Assembly (NCBI GenBank): GCA_035476755.1
Contig: DATILF010000333.1
Span: forward strand, 992 to 64,991
DNA: 64,000 nt
From: Ramlibacter sp.
Lineage (GTDB): Bacteria; Pseudomonadota; Gammaproteobacteria; Burkholderiales; Burkholderiaceae_C
Reading direction: 5' to 3'
Shown piece by piece: positions 62,835 through 64,000 of the stretch. The stretch's first letter is position 1. Every line of letters starts with the position of its first letter. The notes below the pieces were generated by a model. That model saw only the letters and a list, made by a program, of their open reading frames with translations. It had not been told where the DNA came from and ran no database searches. A program made the position numbers and the translations under genes.

Positions 62835-64000
62835 GTGAAAACCGTGGGAATCAAATCTTCATTGCGCGTTACGGCCCTCGCAGCGCATCTGCTCTTCGCC
62901 TTCCATGCGCAGGCGCAAAGTCAGGTAATGGACATACCGGGTGGTGATCTGAAGGCAGCGCTGGATGCCTACATCACGCAATCTGGCCAGAAAGTTCAAT
63001 ACTCTGCCGATGATCTCAAGGGTCGCACCAGCCCGGGCGCCAAAGGGCGGCAGGCACCAGAGCAGATGTTGAAGGAACTGTTGCAGGGAACAAATCTCGC
63101 GGTTCACACCGACAGCAGCGGCCAGTACACCATTCGCCCCATCGCCCTGCTGGACCAGGTGGTCATCCGCGGCTCCGCGTCGCACCTGGCCGACCGGAAC
63201 GTCAGTGGCACGCGCGCCGAAGTCGATCCGATGTCGCTGCCGATGACGATCGAAACCGTCGGTGCAAAACTGTTGAGCGAGCAATCGAGCCAGAGTCTCG
63301 CAGACGCGATCAACTACCTGCCAGGCGTTACCGGCAACGCGGCCGATCATACGTTTCAGATTCGTGGCTTCTCAGGCTCCGTGATGCGCAACGGCGTGGT
63401 GAGTGACGCCAAATTCGGTCCGCCCGTCGGCACGATCCAAAGCATCGAAGTGCTGAAGGGCCCCGCCGCCATCCTGAACGGCGTAGGGGTCGGATACGGT
63501 GGCGTGATCAACGTCATCGGCAAGGCGCCGCAAGCGCAAACGGTGCGGGAGGTCTCCCTCCAGCTCGGATCGCACGACAGGGCGGAGTTGGGGCTGGACC
63601 TCGCCGGCGCCCTCGACCAAGACAAGCGGTGGAAGTACCGCCTCATCGCCTCCGAGATGACAGAGGGAAAAAACGAGGAAGGCGTTAACGGGGCCTACCA
63701 CCACTACATCGCCCCCGCCGTCAGTTACAGCAACTGGGATACGGGGACAGAGGCATCGCTCAGCCTTGAATACAACCAGCAGCGCACCACCCCGTTCCTT
63801 GGCGTGTTCTATGGGCCGAACGAGAAGCTGGGCGACAAGCACGGCTTTACGCCGACCTCGAATCCGGACTCCGGCTACCACCGGAAGAACACCATCGTAT
63901 CGGCCAAAGTTCGGCAAAAAATTTCGGACGATTGGGATGTCTCTGTCAATCTCTCCCGTGAACGATCCCTCCAGGACAACTCGGCGCCACAGATTACCGT
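62835..64000 (+). CDS. TonB-dependent receptor with N-terminal STN domain (3'-truncated by window edge; absent from ORF track)
   Basis: RBS GAGG then GTG; signal peptide ...AHLLFAFHAQA; DIPGGDLKAALDAY..QSG (STN); LDQVVIRG (TonB-box-like); PGVT, IRGF, IEVLKGPAAILNG plug motifs. Confidence 0.88.
   Translation, partial: MKTVGIKSSLRVTALAAHLLFAFHAQAQSQVMDIPGGDLKAALDAYITQSGQKVQYSADDLKGRTSPGAKGRQAPEQMLKELLQGTNLAVHTDSSGQYTIRPIALLDQVVIRGSASHLADRNVSGTRAEVDPMSLPMTIETVGAKLLSEQSSQSLADAINYLPGVTGNAADHTFQIRGFSGSVMRNGVVSDAKFGPPVGTIQSIEVLKGPAAILNGVGVGYGGVINVIGKAPQAQTVREVSLQLGSHDRAELGLDLAGALDQDKRWKYRLIASEMTEGKNEEGVNGAYHHYIAPAVSYSNWDTGTEASLSLEYNQQRTTPFLGVFYGPNEKLGDKHGFTPTSNPDSGYHRKNTIVSAKVRQKISDDWDVSVNLSRERSLQDNSAPQIT

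Overview
A 64 kb, GC-rich, gene-dense mosaic of accessory catabolic modules. The host looks like a Burkholderiales betaproteobacterium (inferred from six Bug/TctC binding proteins, two betaproteobacterial porins and a REP-like element). No rRNA, tRNA, CRISPR or phage genes were seen. Left to right: (1) porin, class IV aminotransferase-like, Bug, RidA; (2) a deletion scar made of two dadA fragments plus the last codons of a lost LuxR-type regulator; (3) LysR with a polar amino-acid ABC transporter and class V PLP enzyme; (4) secreted DUF6351-like hydrolase and an IS630 remnant; (5) a ~26 kb block with LuxR-type, MarR and AraC regulators, gamma-glutamyltransferase, a COG4313 outer-membrane channel, two paralogous amidohydrolases (one apparently cytoplasmic, one exported), a CobW metallochaperone, a Liv-type ABC system, and an amine-catabolic operon (aldehyde dehydrogenase, two class III aminotransferases, Tm-1-like/UPF0261, HAD, two SDRs, APC permease); (6) LysR/Bug with tandem cupins, RraA, two Gfo/Idh/MocA oxidoreductases and a serine hydrolase; (7) a putative CatR/ClcR-type LysR regulon marked by three copies of one promoter architecture (two form a 34-bp inverted repeat), with an hglS-ydiJ-lysR module nested inside; (8) IS3 remnant, a MocR regulator lacking the PLP lysine, and a partial STN-domain TonB-dependent receptor. 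The best candidates for undescribed biology are the amide/amine catabolic block, the three-promoter regulon, and two PLP-fold proteins lacking the Schiff-base lysine. Family calls come from motif recognition by eye; no database searches were run.
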